From the NCBI GenBank assembly GCA_040256005.1, contig JBDZWC010000002.1, positions 1-57,107 on the forward strand: DNA of 57,107 bases, given 5' to 3'. Below are positions 27,432-36,691 of the stretch, piece after piece (the stretch's first letter is position 1; every line of letters starts with the position of its first letter). Origin of the DNA: Deinococcaceae bacterium (lineage in GTDB: Bacteria > Deinococcota > Deinococci > Deinococcales > Trueperaceae). The translations under genes were made by a program, and so were the position numbers. The notes below the pieces were generated by a model. The model searched no databases. It was not told the origin of the DNA and was given only the letters and a program-made list of their open reading frames with translations.

Positions 27432-28772
27432 ATGGGTATGACGATCGAGGAAGTTCGAGGGCTGCTGAAGGAGCACGACGTCAACTTCCTCAGGCTGCAG
27501 TTCTCAGACATCCTGGGCCAGATCAAGAACGTCGAGGTCCCGCGCTCGCAGTTCGACAAGGCGCTCGACGGCGAGATCATGTTCGACGGGTCGTCGATCC
27601 AGGGCTTCGCCCGCATCGAGGAATCGGACATGCTCCTCAGGCCGGACCTTGACACCTTCCTGGTCTTGCCGGCCGCAATGGAGGGCCCCGGCCGCGGCAC
27701 GGTGGCCCGCCTGGTGTGCGACATCGCCCTGCCGGACGGCTCGCCTTTCCCCGGCGACCCGCGTTACGTGCTCAAGCGGCAGATCGAGCGGCTGTGGGCC
27801 CTCGGCTACGACGACTTCATCGTGGGACCCGAGCCCGAGTTCTTCCTCTTCGAGCGCGGGGACCGCGGCGAGCCCACCACGACGACGAACGACGCGGCCG
27901 GCTACTTCGACCTCGCGCCGGTGGACCGCGGCGAGGACGCCCGCCGCGACATGGTCAACACGCTCGTCGCCATGGGTTTCGAGATCGAGGCGGCGCACCA
28001 CGAGGTCGCCCCCGGTCAGCACGAGATCGACTTCAAGTACGCACCGGCCGTCACGACGGCCGACAACATCCTCACGTTCAGGACCGTGGTCAAGCGCATA
28101 GCCCTGAACAACGGCCTGCACGCGACCTTCATGCCCAAGCCGGTCAACGGCATCAACGGCTCGGGCATGCACTGCCACATGAGCGTGTTCAAGGACGGCC
28201 AGAACGCGTTCTTCGACGAGGACGGCAGCCATCAGCTGTCGACCGTCATGGAGCGGTGGATCGCCGGCGTCCTGGAGCACGCCTCCGCGTTCGTGGCCAT
28301 CACCAACCCCACCGTGAACTCCTACAAGCGCCTCACGCCCGGGTACGAGGCGCCGACGAACATCGCGTGGTCTGTCTCCAACCGCAGCGCGATGATCCGC
28401 GTCCCCGCGCGCCGCGGCAACAGCACTCGCGCCGAGCTGCGGATGCCAGACCCCTCGTGCAACCCGTACCTCGCGCTGGCCGTGATCTGCGCCGCGGGGA
28501 TAGACGGGCTCGAGCGGGAGCTCGTGCCGCCGCCGCCCGTGAACCGGAACATCTACCAGATGAGCGTGCGCGACCGCCGGCGCCACAAGATCAAGGAGCT
28601 GCCGGCCACGCTCCGCGAGGCCATGGGCAACCTCAGGCGCGACCGCGTCATCATCGATGCCTTGGGCGAGCACGCGTTCAAGCAGTTCCTCGCGAACAAG
28701 ACGCTCGAGTACGACGAGTACCGCATCGCCGTGCACGGTTGGGAGCTGGAGCGTTACCTGACAGAATACTAG
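27432..28772 (+). CDS. glnA: Glutamine synthetase type I (GSI-alpha)
   Basis: FDGSSI.GF.RIEESDM, GPEPEFFLF, HHEVAPGQHEIDF, ATFMPKP, NGSGMHCH, NSYKRL.PGYEAP, NRSAMIRVP, NPYLA. Confidence 0.96.
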   Translation: MGMTIEEVRGLLKEHDVNFLRLQFSDILGQIKNVEVPRSQFDKALDGEIMFDGSSIQGFARIEESDMLLRPDLDTFLVLPAAMEGPGRGTVARLVCDIALPDGSPFPGDPRYVLKRQIERLWALGYDDFIVGPEPEFFLFERGDRGEPTTTTNDAAGYFDLAPVDRGEDARRDMVNTLVAMGFEIEAAHHEVAPGQHEIDFKYAPAVTTADNILTFRTVVKRIALNNGLHATFMPKPVNGINGSGMHCHMSVFKDGQNAFFDEDGSHQLSTVMERWIAGVLEHASAFVAITNPTVNSYKRLTPGYEAPTNIAWSVSNRSAMIRVPARRGNSTRAELRMPDPSCNPYLALAVICAAGIDGLERELVPPPPVNRNIYQMSVRDRRRHKIKELPATLREAMGNLRRDRVIIDALGEHAFKQFLANKTLEYDEYRIAVHGWELERYLTEY

Positions 28773-28776
28773 GAGC

Positions 28777-29298
28777 GTGAGAGGTGGCGAGGGCCCAACG
28801 TACCGCGTCGTCGGCGTAGACCCCGGCCTCGCCAACCTGGGGTTGGGAGCCGTGGAGGAGGAGCGCAAGCGCGCCCGACTCCTCGGCTCCGTCGTCTTGC
28901 GCACGCGCTCCCGAGACGGTGGGCCCGAGCGTTTGAGCGCGTTGCGCGACGGGGTCACGTCGTTCCTTACCGCTCACCGGCCGGACGCGCTGGTCCTCGA
29001 GTCGCAGTTCTTCCACAGGCAGAAGGCCGTCTCGTTCAAGGTGGGGCAGGCGTTCGGCGTCGTCATGCTGTGCGCCGCCGACCTGGGCGTGCCCGTGTTC
29101 GAGTACGGACCGCTCGAGGTCAAACAGGCGCTCGTCGGCACCGGGAGGGCAGACAAGCACCAGGTGGCGTTCATGGTCAGGGCGTTGCTCGAGCTGCCCA
29201 GACAGCCGGCCACAGACCACGAGGCGGACGCGCTTGCTCTGGCGCTCACCCACCTGCAGAGCCGCCGCCTGAGCGTCGCCGCGAACGGGCGCGCCTGA
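28777..29298 (+). CDS. ruvC: Crossover junction endodeoxyribonuclease RuvC
   Basis: GVDPGL, LESQFF, VKQALVGTGRADK.QV..MV, DHEADALALAL. Confidence 0.93.
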   Translation: MRGGEGPTYRVVGVDPGLANLGLGAVEEERKRARLLGSVVLRTRSRDGGPERLSALRDGVTSFLTAHRPDALVLESQFFHRQKAVSFKVGQAFGVVMLCAADLGVPVFEYGPLEVKQALVGTGRADKHQVAFMVRALLELPRQPATDHEADALALALTHLQSRRLSVAANGRA

Positions 29299-32011
29299 GG
29301 GCGGCCGCCCTCACGGCGCCGGTGTCTACGGCCCGCGCCAGCGGCTTAGCGGGCCGCCGTGGCGCCGGCTCCGCGGACAGCGGCCGTGTCCTCAGGTCGA
29401 GGAACACGACGGCCTGATAGGCCCCCAGCTCGACACGCCAGCCACCCACCAGGTCCCGGTGACGCCAGGTCGCGGGATCGCCCCGACCGCTCACGCCCGC
29501 GACCAGCTCCTCACCCGGGGTGGGCAACGCCAGGCCCAGAACTTCCCAGGGGGTGCCCCCGTCGGCGACGAGCGTTCCCGACACGCGGCCGCCGGAGTGG
29601 TTGAAGAGGACCAGGGCGGGTGCACCACGCTCGGACGCGGCGTAGCCGTACGCGTAGACGCTCTCCAGCTCGGCGCCAGCGCTCACGACTCGCATGAGCC
29701 GGAGGTCGCGAGACGAGGCGAAGCGCTGCCGGCGCCTCAGAAGCGGCGCCAGCTCCCGCCGATGGCGCTGCCTGAACGTCTCGTCCGGCGCCTCGTCGAG
29801 CCTGGGTGCGGCGAACTCCATGCCGTACGTCTCGAGGAGGCCCTCGGCCTGCCCGTGCCCGAACAACGGTAGGCCGGGCAGGGTGCACAGCAGCGCGGCC
29901 ACACCGAAGTAGCGGTCGCCGGCGCCGAAGGTATGCCGCGCGCTGTCTTCGTCCGGGGTGGTCAGGTAGTTGACGTAGCGCTGGAGCACCTCGGGATCGC
30001 GCGCGCTGACGTCCCGCAGCAGCCCCTTGAGGTCACCATCGCGGCCATCGGCCAGCAGCTGCATGAACGCGCTGTGGTAGACGCGGTTGAAGCCCAGGTG
30101 GCGCACGAAGGTCTCCTCCATGAGCCAGAAGGCTTCGGCCAGCAGCATCGTGCCGGGCGCGCGCTCGGCGACGGCCTCGACGACCTCCCGCCAGAACTCG
30201 CGGGGCATCGCTGCGTCGAACTCCTCCCGCGTCAGGGCCGCAGCGCTGCGCGACGGGATCGCGCCGCCCTCGCCGGGTGGCGGGTGCCACAGGCGCCTGA
30301 CGTGCCGGCGCACCAGCGCCATGGCGGCGTCGAAGCGCAGCACAGGGAAACGCCGCGCCACCTCGACGACTGTGTCGATGACGGCCTGGCGGGCGCTCGC
30401 CTGTAGGAAGTCGATCTGGGCCGTGTCGTTCCACGGCAGGCCGGTGCCGTCGTTGCCGTGATAGACGTAGCGCCTCTCCCCGGTCGAGCGCGTGGTCCGC
30501 TCGAAGGCCACGGCCGCGTCGCTCCCGCCGTAGTAGCCGTCCTCGATGCGCACCGCCATGAGCCGTCCCGGCGATAGGTCTTCACCGCGGTAGGTGTAGT
30601 TGGGGAACGGGGGGCGGCTGGACTGGACGAACCACTCGGGGTGCTCCTCGACCCAGCGCGAGTCGATGCCGGTGTGGTTGGCGACCATGTCGGCGGCCAA
30701 GCGCAGGCCGTGGCGTTGTGCCCGGTCCCGCAGGCGCGCCAACGCCTCCTCACCACCTAAGTCGGCCGCGATCACGTGGTCGTGCACGGCGTACGCAGAC
30801 GCCAACGCGTCCGGCTGGCCCTGCAGGCGTTTGATCCGTTGAGAGGCCGCGCTGCGCTCCCACACCCCCACGAGCCAGAGAGTGTCGAAGCCGTCGGCCG
30901 CGAGCCCGGCCAGCGCCTCGTCGGGAACCTCGTCGAGCCGGCGCACCTGTCGCCCGTACCAGCGGCTGAGCTGCGCGAGCCACACCGGCAGGCTCTTGGC
31001 GACCATCGCGGCGCCGGCCATCCATGGCTCATCGCGGCTGTAGCGGGGCTCGCCCAACTCCTCTGGGGGCGCGGACTGCCAGGCCGGCGGCGGCCCGGCC
31101 GGCGCCCCGAGGACCGCCCTCACCTCTTCCTCGCGGAGGAGGTCGATGGCCCTGAGCACGCGCCTCACGAGGTCGTCGGCGCCGTCGCCCAGCAGAGGGC
31201 GCCACGCGGCCAGCGCCGCCTCCAACTGGCCCCGCAGCGACGTGGGATGCAGCCGGGCGGGCAGGGTGAGGATGTCCAGCAGGGTCGACACGCCGCCCCC
31301 AGCCTCCAGGGTCCCTGCCGGTGCCCCAGGCTCACCGGCGGGCCGCGGAACGGCCCGGCCGGCGGCCGCCCCGGGGTCGAACGGGACCTCTACCGCCGCG
31401 AACCCGGCGTTGATGGCCTCCCACGCCGGCTGCAGGGTGGCGCGCGCCGCCCTCGGGTCGAACAGCGGGTAGTACGGTCGGAGCGCGAGGTTCGAGGAGG
31501 CCAGGCCCAGGAGACCCAGCTCCTCCAGCGCGGCCCAGTCTCGCTCCTGCTCACCCGGTGAGCCCTCGTCCGCTTCGCGCCGCTCCTCACCGACCCCGTA
31601 GGTCCGCCAGTACTCCCTGTCCGCCACCCGGGCAGCGGCGCTGCCGAGGCGACCGTTCACCTCCGCAGCCACGGCAGCCTGCCACGGCACGGCGGCCAGT
31701 ACCGCGTGCATGAGCTCGTGCACGACGACCGCGGCGACCAGGGAAGCGGCGCTGGCGAGCGACTCGCCGCCGGCCCGCAGCTCGGCGGCGATCCTCGTCG
31801 CCTCGGCAACGTCCACGCTCACGAGCCTGCCGGTCAGCCCGAAGGAGTCAGGCGAGACGTTGTGGCGGCGCCTAGCTGCGGCCGTGACGTGCAGGCGTCG
31901 GGCCCCTGAGATGTCGGGAGGGAGGCCCGCCAACGGCAGGGCCAACGTGAAGGCTCGTGCGTGGTGCGAGCGGGCGCGGCAGGCGATGGTCGACGCTAGC
32001 ACGGGCCTCAT
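29246..32011 (-). CDS. Large GH13 alpha-amylase-family glycoside hydrolase with long N-terminal extension, no signal peptide
   Basis: WLVGVWERS, SAYAV, DMVANHTG, WNDTAQIDF, nucleophile RFDAAM, acid/base LAEAFW, TPDED, TLPGLPLFGHGQ. Confidence 0.82.
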   Translation of the reverse strand: MRPVLASTIACRARSHHARAFTLALPLAGLPPDISGARRLHVTAAARRRHNVSPDSFGLTGRLVSVDVAEATRIAAELRAGGESLASAASLVAAVVVHELMHAVLAAVPWQAAVAAEVNGRLGSAAARVADREYWRTYGVGEERREADEGSPGEQERDWAALEELGLLGLASSNLALRPYYPLFDPRAARATLQPAWEAINAGFAAVEVPFDPGAAAGRAVPRPAGEPGAPAGTLEAGGGVSTLLDILTLPARLHPTSLRGQLEAALAAWRPLLGDGADDLVRRVLRAIDLLREEEVRAVLGAPAGPPPAWQSAPPEELGEPRYSRDEPWMAGAAMVAKSLPVWLAQLSRWYGRQVRRLDEVPDEALAGLAADGFDTLWLVGVWERSAASQRIKRLQGQPDALASAYAVHDHVIAADLGGEEALARLRDRAQRHGLRLAADMVANHTGIDSRWVEEHPEWFVQSSRPPFPNYTYRGEDLSPGRLMAVRIEDGYYGGSDAAVAFERTTRSTGERRYVYHGNDGTGLPWNDTAQIDFLQASARQAVIDTVVEVARRFPVLRFDAAMALVRRHVRRLWHPPPGEGGAIPSRSAAALTREEFDAAMPREFWREVVEAVAERAPGTMLLAEAFWLMEETFVRHLGFNRVYHSAFMQLLADGRDGDLKGLLRDVSARDPEVLQRYVNYLTTPDEDSARHTFGAGDRYFGVAALLCTLPGLPLFGHGQAEGLLETYGMEFAAPRLDEAPDETFRQRHRRELAPLLRRRQRFASSRDLRLMRVVSAGAELESVYAYGYAASERGAPALVLFNHSGGRVSGTLVADGGTPWEVLGLALPTPGEELVAGVSGRGDPATWRHRDLVGGWRVELGAYQAVVFLDLRTRPLSAEPAPRRPAKPLARAVDTGAVRAAALRRARSRRRSGGGSAGG

Positions 32012-32062
32012 GCGCTGTACGGTAGGCTCTTAGCCGCGTCGTTGCGTCGTCTAGGAGGCTCG

Positions 32063-32857
32063 GTGTCCAGGTACCCAGCTCGCGCCCCCATGCTCGCCAC
32101 GCTCACGGTCCTGGTAGCCACCCTGGTGGCCGCCTGCGCCGGGGAGCTGGGCACACAGGGCGAGGCTTTACGGTTCCTCTCCGTGGACCTGCCGGACGCG
32201 CCCGTGAACGAGCCGTACCGGGCCCCGGTGCATGCGGTCGGCGGGCTGCGGCCGTACGAGTTCACGTTGGAGTCCGGCTCGCTGCCTCCCGGTATCGAGG
32301 TCGTCAACGGCGTGCTGCAGGGCGTGCCCACCGCTCTCGGTACCTACACCTTCACCCTGGCCGTCTCCGACGCCAACCTGTCCGCGACGTTCCAGGAGTT
32401 CAGCCTGGCCGTGGTGGAGCCGCCACCACCGGCCCTCACGCTGTCGCCGCCCGAGACGGAGGTCCGTGGCGCGGTGACGCTGCGCGCGCGCGTGACGGAG
32501 GCGCGTTCGCTGGCCGGTGTGTCGACGGCGATCACCTGGGACCCCGCCACCTTCTCGCTGGTCGAGGGCAGCGTCGCGCCCTCCGGCGCCGTGTTGGCGC
32601 TGTTCCGATCGTCCGAGCCGGGCAGGCTCCAGGTAGACCTGGCCGTCCTGGGTAGCACGTTGGAGGGGGACGCCGAGCTGTTCCGCTTCGCTCTCGAGCC
32701 TGCCGCCGGCACGAGCTTCCTGGAGGTCACCAGCCGCACAGCGTTCGCGTCACGCCGGGGCGGTGAGCTGCTCATCGAGTCCGCCGTCCGGACCGAGGGC
32801 CGAGCGCCTGAGCCCGTGGTCGAGGAACCTGCCGAACCCGAGGAGCAGGCCCCATGA
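32063..32857 (+). CDS. Lipoprotein with putative Ig (He_PIG-like) domain and C-terminal cohesin-like domain
   Basis: Lipobox VAAC after a hydrophobic stretch; Ig: GG..PY.F....GSLPPGI......LQGVPT..GTYTFT..VSD; cohesin-like: VTL.ARV..ARSLAGV...ITWDP..F...GRLQV..A..G..LEGDAELFRF; GTG 32063 behind GGAGG. Confidence 0.75.
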   Translation: MSRYPARAPMLATLTVLVATLVAACAGELGTQGEALRFLSVDLPDAPVNEPYRAPVHAVGGLRPYEFTLESGSLPPGIEVVNGVLQGVPTALGTYTFTLAVSDANLSATFQEFSLAVVEPPPPALTLSPPETEVRGAVTLRARVTEARSLAGVSTAITWDPATFSLVEGSVAPSGAVLALFRSSEPGRLQVDLAVLGSTLEGDAELFRFALEPAAGTSFLEVTSRTAFASRRGGELLIESAVRTEGRAPEPVVEEPAEPEEQAP

Positions 32858-34434
32858 GCTGCGGGTCGCGACGGTGGTTGGCGGGCCTGCTGAGCCTCTG
32901 GCTGGCGGTACAACCGTCTAGCCTCGCCACCACGTACGTCGCCTTGGAGCCCTACGAGGTGCTCGCCGCCGCCGATGCCGTCGTCACGGGGAGCGTCTCG
33001 GACGTGCGGGCCGAGGTCCGCGGCGACGAGGTGTGGACCGTCGTGGCGGTGGAGGTCGACCAGTGGCTCACCGAGGACCCGGCCCTGGCAGGCGACGACG
33101 AGGACCCGGACGAGGGTGCCGAGCCGCGCGAGACCGTCGTGTTCGCGTTCCTCGGCGGTGAGGCCGAGGGAAGGCGCCTGCTGGTGGCGGGCAGCCCGGC
33201 GTGGCAGTCCGGTGCCGAAGTCCTGGTCGCGTTCCACGAGCAGGAAGGGTTGGCGTCGCCCGTGGTCGGCTTCAGGCAAGGTCTCTGGCGGCTTCAGGAC
33301 GACACCGTCGTCGACCTGGACGGTCGCTACCTCGCGCTCGACGCCTCCGGCCGCCTGGTCCGGTCGGACAGGCCCGCGGCACGGGCCTCGGTGCTCGACG
33401 CCGTCGCACAGGCTTTGGACGGCGAGGCGCCCGAGCCGGCGGAGGCAGACGGCGAGGAGGTGCCTGGTCCGCCCGGGAACGGTTCGCCGGCAGCCTCAGG
33501 CGAAGAGGGGCCGGAGGACAGCGCAGGCGAGCCGGAGACGCCGGAGACCCCCGCCGACCGCGACGGGTCGCCGCCGGCGGTGAGCACGCCTGAGGCGCCG
33601 GCGGTGCCGGAAGAGGCCATCACGCGCACCTACGCCGTCGACGACTTCGGGGGCCCTCTGCTGCTGAGCGATCGCCTCGAGGAGGCCGCGGCGGACTGGG
33701 AGTCAGTCGTTGAGGGCGCTGTCGAGATCGATGTCGCGGGGGACGCCGGCTACCGCTTCGCGTACGGCGACGAGAGCCTGTTCGGGCCCCATCTGTTGAC
33801 GTTGAGCCTGGCCGAGGGCGACGAGGTGGAGGTGCTCGTCAGGCCCGAGGACCACCCCGCCCTGGCCGCAGGCCTACGTCACGAGCTGGGCGTGTTGCTG
33901 GGCCTCGGTCCCGCCGACGCCGGTGTGATGGCCATGGCGGTCGCCGACCCAGGTGCGCTACCGGGGCCGGAGGAGCTGGCCGAGCTCGCCGCGCTAGCCG
34001 CGTTCGCCCCGCAGGACTTAGACCGCGACGGTGTGGTGGGCTTCGGTGACCTGCTGGAGCTGGCGGCGGCGTACGGCCGTTCCGGCCTGAACCTGCCCGC
34101 GGACCTTGACGGAGACGGCGACGTCGACGACGACGACGTCGCCGTCCTCAGAGAGGCGTACACCTTCGCCCCGCCGCTGGGCGCGGACCGGCCGGAGGCG
34201 CCCGACGCAGGGGAAGGGGTCGATGCCGAGGGAGCCGACGAGCAGGCTGGGGACTCGCCCGAGGAGCCGGACGGCGACGAACCGGAGACCGGAACGCCCG
34301 GCGAGCCCGCAGGGCCGAGCGAGCCCGGCGATCCCGCGGACCCTGCCCTGCCGGACGAACCGTCAGAACCGGCAGACCCCTCAGAACCCGCAGAACCGGC
34401 CGAGCCGGCGGACCCGGACGGCTCGAGCTACTAG
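32854..34434 (+). CDS. Secreted multidomain protein: N-terminal beta domain, acidic linker, degenerate matrixin-like domain, dockerin-like double EF-hand, acidic Pro-rich tail
   Basis: Signal peptide ending SLA/TT; HELGVLLGLG plus GVMA Met-turn; DLDRDGVVGFGDLLELAAAYG...DLDGDGDVDDDDVAVLREAY; ATGA overlap with the upstream gene. Confidence 0.75.
   Translation: MSCGSRRWLAGLLSLWLAVQPSSLATTYVALEPYEVLAAADAVVTGSVSDVRAEVRGDEVWTVVAVEVDQWLTEDPALAGDDEDPDEGAEPRETVVFAFLGGEAEGRRLLVAGSPAWQSGAEVLVAFHEQEGLASPVVGFRQGLWRLQDDTVVDLDGRYLALDASGRLVRSDRPAARASVLDAVAQALDGEAPEPAEADGEEVPGPPGNGSPAASGEEGPEDSAGEPETPETPADRDGSPPAVSTPEAPAVPEEAITRTYAVDDFGGPLLLSDRLEEAAADWESVVEGAVEIDVAGDAGYRFAYGDESLFGPHLLTLSLAEGDEVEVLVRPEDHPALAAGLRHELGVLLGLGPADAGVMAMAVADPGALPGPEELAELAALAAFAPQDLDRDGVVGFGDLLELAAAYGRSGLNLPADLDGDGDVDDDDVAVLREAYTFAPPLGADRPEAPDAGEGVDAEGADEQAGDSPEEPDGDEPETGTPGEPAGPSEPGDPADPALPDEPSEPADPSEPAEPAEPADPDGSSY
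34357..34419 (+). repeat. Seven degenerate 9-nt tandem repeats encoding (E/D)-P-(A/S/D)
   Basis: gaaccgtca gaaccggca gacccctca gaacccgca gaaccggcc gagccggcg gacccggac. Confidence 0.8.
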
Positions 34435-34739
34435 GCCGGCTGGGCCGAGGGCGGCGACCCCAACAGTCCCTCGATCGCGTTGGCCAGGTCCACGTCGCGC
34501 TGCGTGACCCCGCCGGCGTCGTGACTGCGTAGCTCGAGCTTCACGCGCGAGTACGAGGAGTGGAAATCCGGGTGGTGCCCGCGCTTCTCAGCCACCAGTG
34601 CCAGGCGGGTGAGGAACGCGAAAGCCTGGGAGAAGTCCTGGAACCTCAGTTCCTTGGCGAGCGCTCCGCCTTCATGACGCCAACCGGGCAGGTCACGAAC
34701 CGCGGACTCCAGGTCGCTTCCGCTGAGAGCTTCGGCCAC
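34431..34739 (-). CDS. Pterin-4-alpha-carbinolamine dehydratase family protein
   Basis: F.DF..AFAF, AEKRGHHPD, SHDAGGVT.RD..LA. Confidence 0.9.
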   Translation of the reverse strand: MAEALSGSDLESAVRDLPGWRHEGGALAKELRFQDFSQAFAFLTRLALVAEKRGHHPDFHSSYSRVKLELRSHDAGGVTQRDVDLANAIEGLLGSPPSAQPA

Positions 34740-34765
34740 TGCTCACCTCCGCTGTCGCGGAGCGT

Positions 34766-36646
34766 TCAGACGGCGGTGCTGTAGATCCGGGCTTGCGCGA
34801 GGTAGAGGACCGCCAGGTCGGAGTCTCCGCGGACGAAGAGCAGCGTACCGGAGCCGAGTGGCGCGAGCAGGTAGTCGGTGAACGAGCCCAGCACCTGTCC
34901 GGGGAGCATCGCGACGAGGCTCTCGAAGGAGCCGCCGGAACGACCGCGGTACTGCCTGACGGTGATCTTCTGTCCCGCGAGCTCCACGGTCAGCGGCTCG
35001 CCGGTGAGGGCGTGGAAGGACTGCTCGTCGGCCTTCGCTCGCGCCAACGCGCCGTCGACGTCGCTGGGGTCCAGCTCGAAGGCGTCGGCTATGAGTCCCA
35101 CTAGCTCGGCCACCGTGGCGTTGTCTATGTCCACGCCGGTGGCGCGTGCGGCGCCCCTGAACAGACCGGTGAGGGCCTGGCGCTTGTCGGGCGCGCGCGA
35201 TGCGATGTGGTTGGCGCGGTTCAGAGCCTGGACCACCAGCTCCTGCGGCTCGCCCCTGACGCTGTTGGCGATGACCTTGGCGACCGTCATGAGCTCGTCG
35301 CGCTTCGGGCTCGTGAGCACGTGCAGTACGACGAGGGCCTCGGCGAGCCGCACGGCCAGGCTCCTACCCTCGTCCCGCAGGCGCAGGTGCACGTAGTCGG
35401 CCTCGCGGAACACGGCCAGGCGGTCCCGTCCCAGCTGCAGCACGGACGTCCTGTCGAGGTCTACCTGACGGTCGTCGACGAACAGCACGCGGGAAGCGCC
35501 GGCGCCGGAGAAAGCGAAGTCGTGCCCGCCCATGGACAGCCGCACCGGCCCGACCAGCCTCACCGTCACCTCGGTCGCGGCCGGGCCGATGTGGTCGACG
35601 CGGAGCGCAGGGTTCACGCCGAACAGCACGCCGCCGCCGAGCTGTGGCCCGGTCGCGTGGCCGCCCACGTTCGTGGGCAGGTAGTCGGCGAGGCGCTCGA
35701 AGAACGCGTGGACGACGTCCTGCAGCATGGCGGCGTCGCGGTGGAAGGACATGCGTTCGTTCCGCTCCAGCGCCACGATCTCGGCGAGTCGCTTCTCGAG
35801 CGCGCGCCGCTGTGCGGCCTTCTCGTCATCGGGTAGCCTCTCCCGCTCGAGCTCCTGGATCGCCAGGCGCAGCTGCCTGCTGCTCGGGAGCTTGGCGTTG
35901 ATGGGCGAGGAGCGCCCCGCGTACGGGTCCGCCGCCACCGCCAGGGCCACCTGTCTGACGTACTGCAGGGCCTGCGCCTCCGGCACGACCAGGTCGGGGA
36001 ACGGGGAACCCTCCTTGCCCAGCGTCATGATCAGGTTGATCACGTCGCGGGCGATCTCGGCCAAAGAGTCCACGTCCGACAGCGAGACCAGGGGGTCGGA
36101 CAGCGACGGGATGGGCTTGACGACCTTGAAGCCGCGCAGGCTGGTGTCCCGCACGAACGTCGTGCGCGTCGAGTTCGCTTGCAAGTTCTGGAGCGCGGCG
36201 TAGACGATCCTCGGTGCGTAGCGGTCGCGTTGCGAGCGCCAGCTGGCCGCCAGCTGCTGCACGAAGCCGTCGAGGTCGTCCCACCACACCCGCCTGGCGA
36301 GGCGCTGCAGCACCGCGTGCTCCTCGCGCTCCTCGGGCGTGTCGGGCGGCCGGGCCGGCGCCTCTTCCTCGGCCAACTCCACGTCCTCGGAAGAGCCGAT
36401 CACGAGGTCGTCGATGCCCAGCGTCCTGCCGGCGGGCAGCGGGCCGCTGTCCGAGATCGACTGCAGCGACGTGCCGATGTTCTCGAGGCGTCGCTTCTGG
36501 TCGTTGGAGAGCTGCTCGCGGTCCCTGTTCACCTGCTCGAGCAGGTCCCACATGCTCTTGACGCCGCCCCGCACCGTGCGCTTGGCGACGTACTCTTCGA
36601 CCTTGTACTCGAGCAGTTCGAGCGCCAGGCTGGCCTGCTGCAGCAT
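34766..36646 (-). CDS. Hypothetical soluble protein (~626 aa) with a coiled-coil-like segment
   Basis: Long ORF with genome-typical codon usage; TATCAT -10 box 7 nt before ATG 36646; no motif recognised. Confidence 0.8.
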   Translation of the reverse strand: MLQQASLALELLEYKVEEYVAKRTVRGGVKSMWDLLEQVNRDREQLSNDQKRRLENIGTSLQSISDSGPLPAGRTLGIDDLVIGSSEDVELAEEEAPARPPDTPEEREEHAVLQRLARRVWWDDLDGFVQQLAASWRSQRDRYAPRIVYAALQNLQANSTRTTFVRDTSLRGFKVVKPIPSLSDPLVSLSDVDSLAEIARDVINLIMTLGKEGSPFPDLVVPEAQALQYVRQVALAVAADPYAGRSSPINAKLPSSRQLRLAIQELERERLPDDEKAAQRRALEKRLAEIVALERNERMSFHRDAAMLQDVVHAFFERLADYLPTNVGGHATGPQLGGGVLFGVNPALRVDHIGPAATEVTVRLVGPVRLSMGGHDFAFSGAGASRVLFVDDRQVDLDRTSVLQLGRDRLAVFREADYVHLRLRDEGRSLAVRLAEALVVLHVLTSPKRDELMTVAKVIANSVRGEPQELVVQALNRANHIASRAPDKRQALTGLFRGAARATGVDIDNATVAELVGLIADAFELDPSDVDGALARAKADEQSFHALTGEPLTVELAGQKITVRQYRGRSGGSFESLVAMLPGQVLGSFTDYLLAPLGSGTLLFVRGDSDLAVLYLAQARIYSTAV

Positions 36647-36691
36647 CACGCTCATGATAGGTCGTCGCGCACCAGTGCGCTCAGCGATTCC

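Noticed and set aside
34290..34425. Repeats at the end of the dockerin gene as a CRISPR array or mobile repeat
   Set aside because: They are degenerate in-frame 9-nt coding repeats without spacers, and there are no cas genes.
29246..34434. An amylosome (GH13 docked on the cohesin)
   Set aside because: The GH13 lacks both a signal peptide and a dockerin, so direct docking is unsupported.
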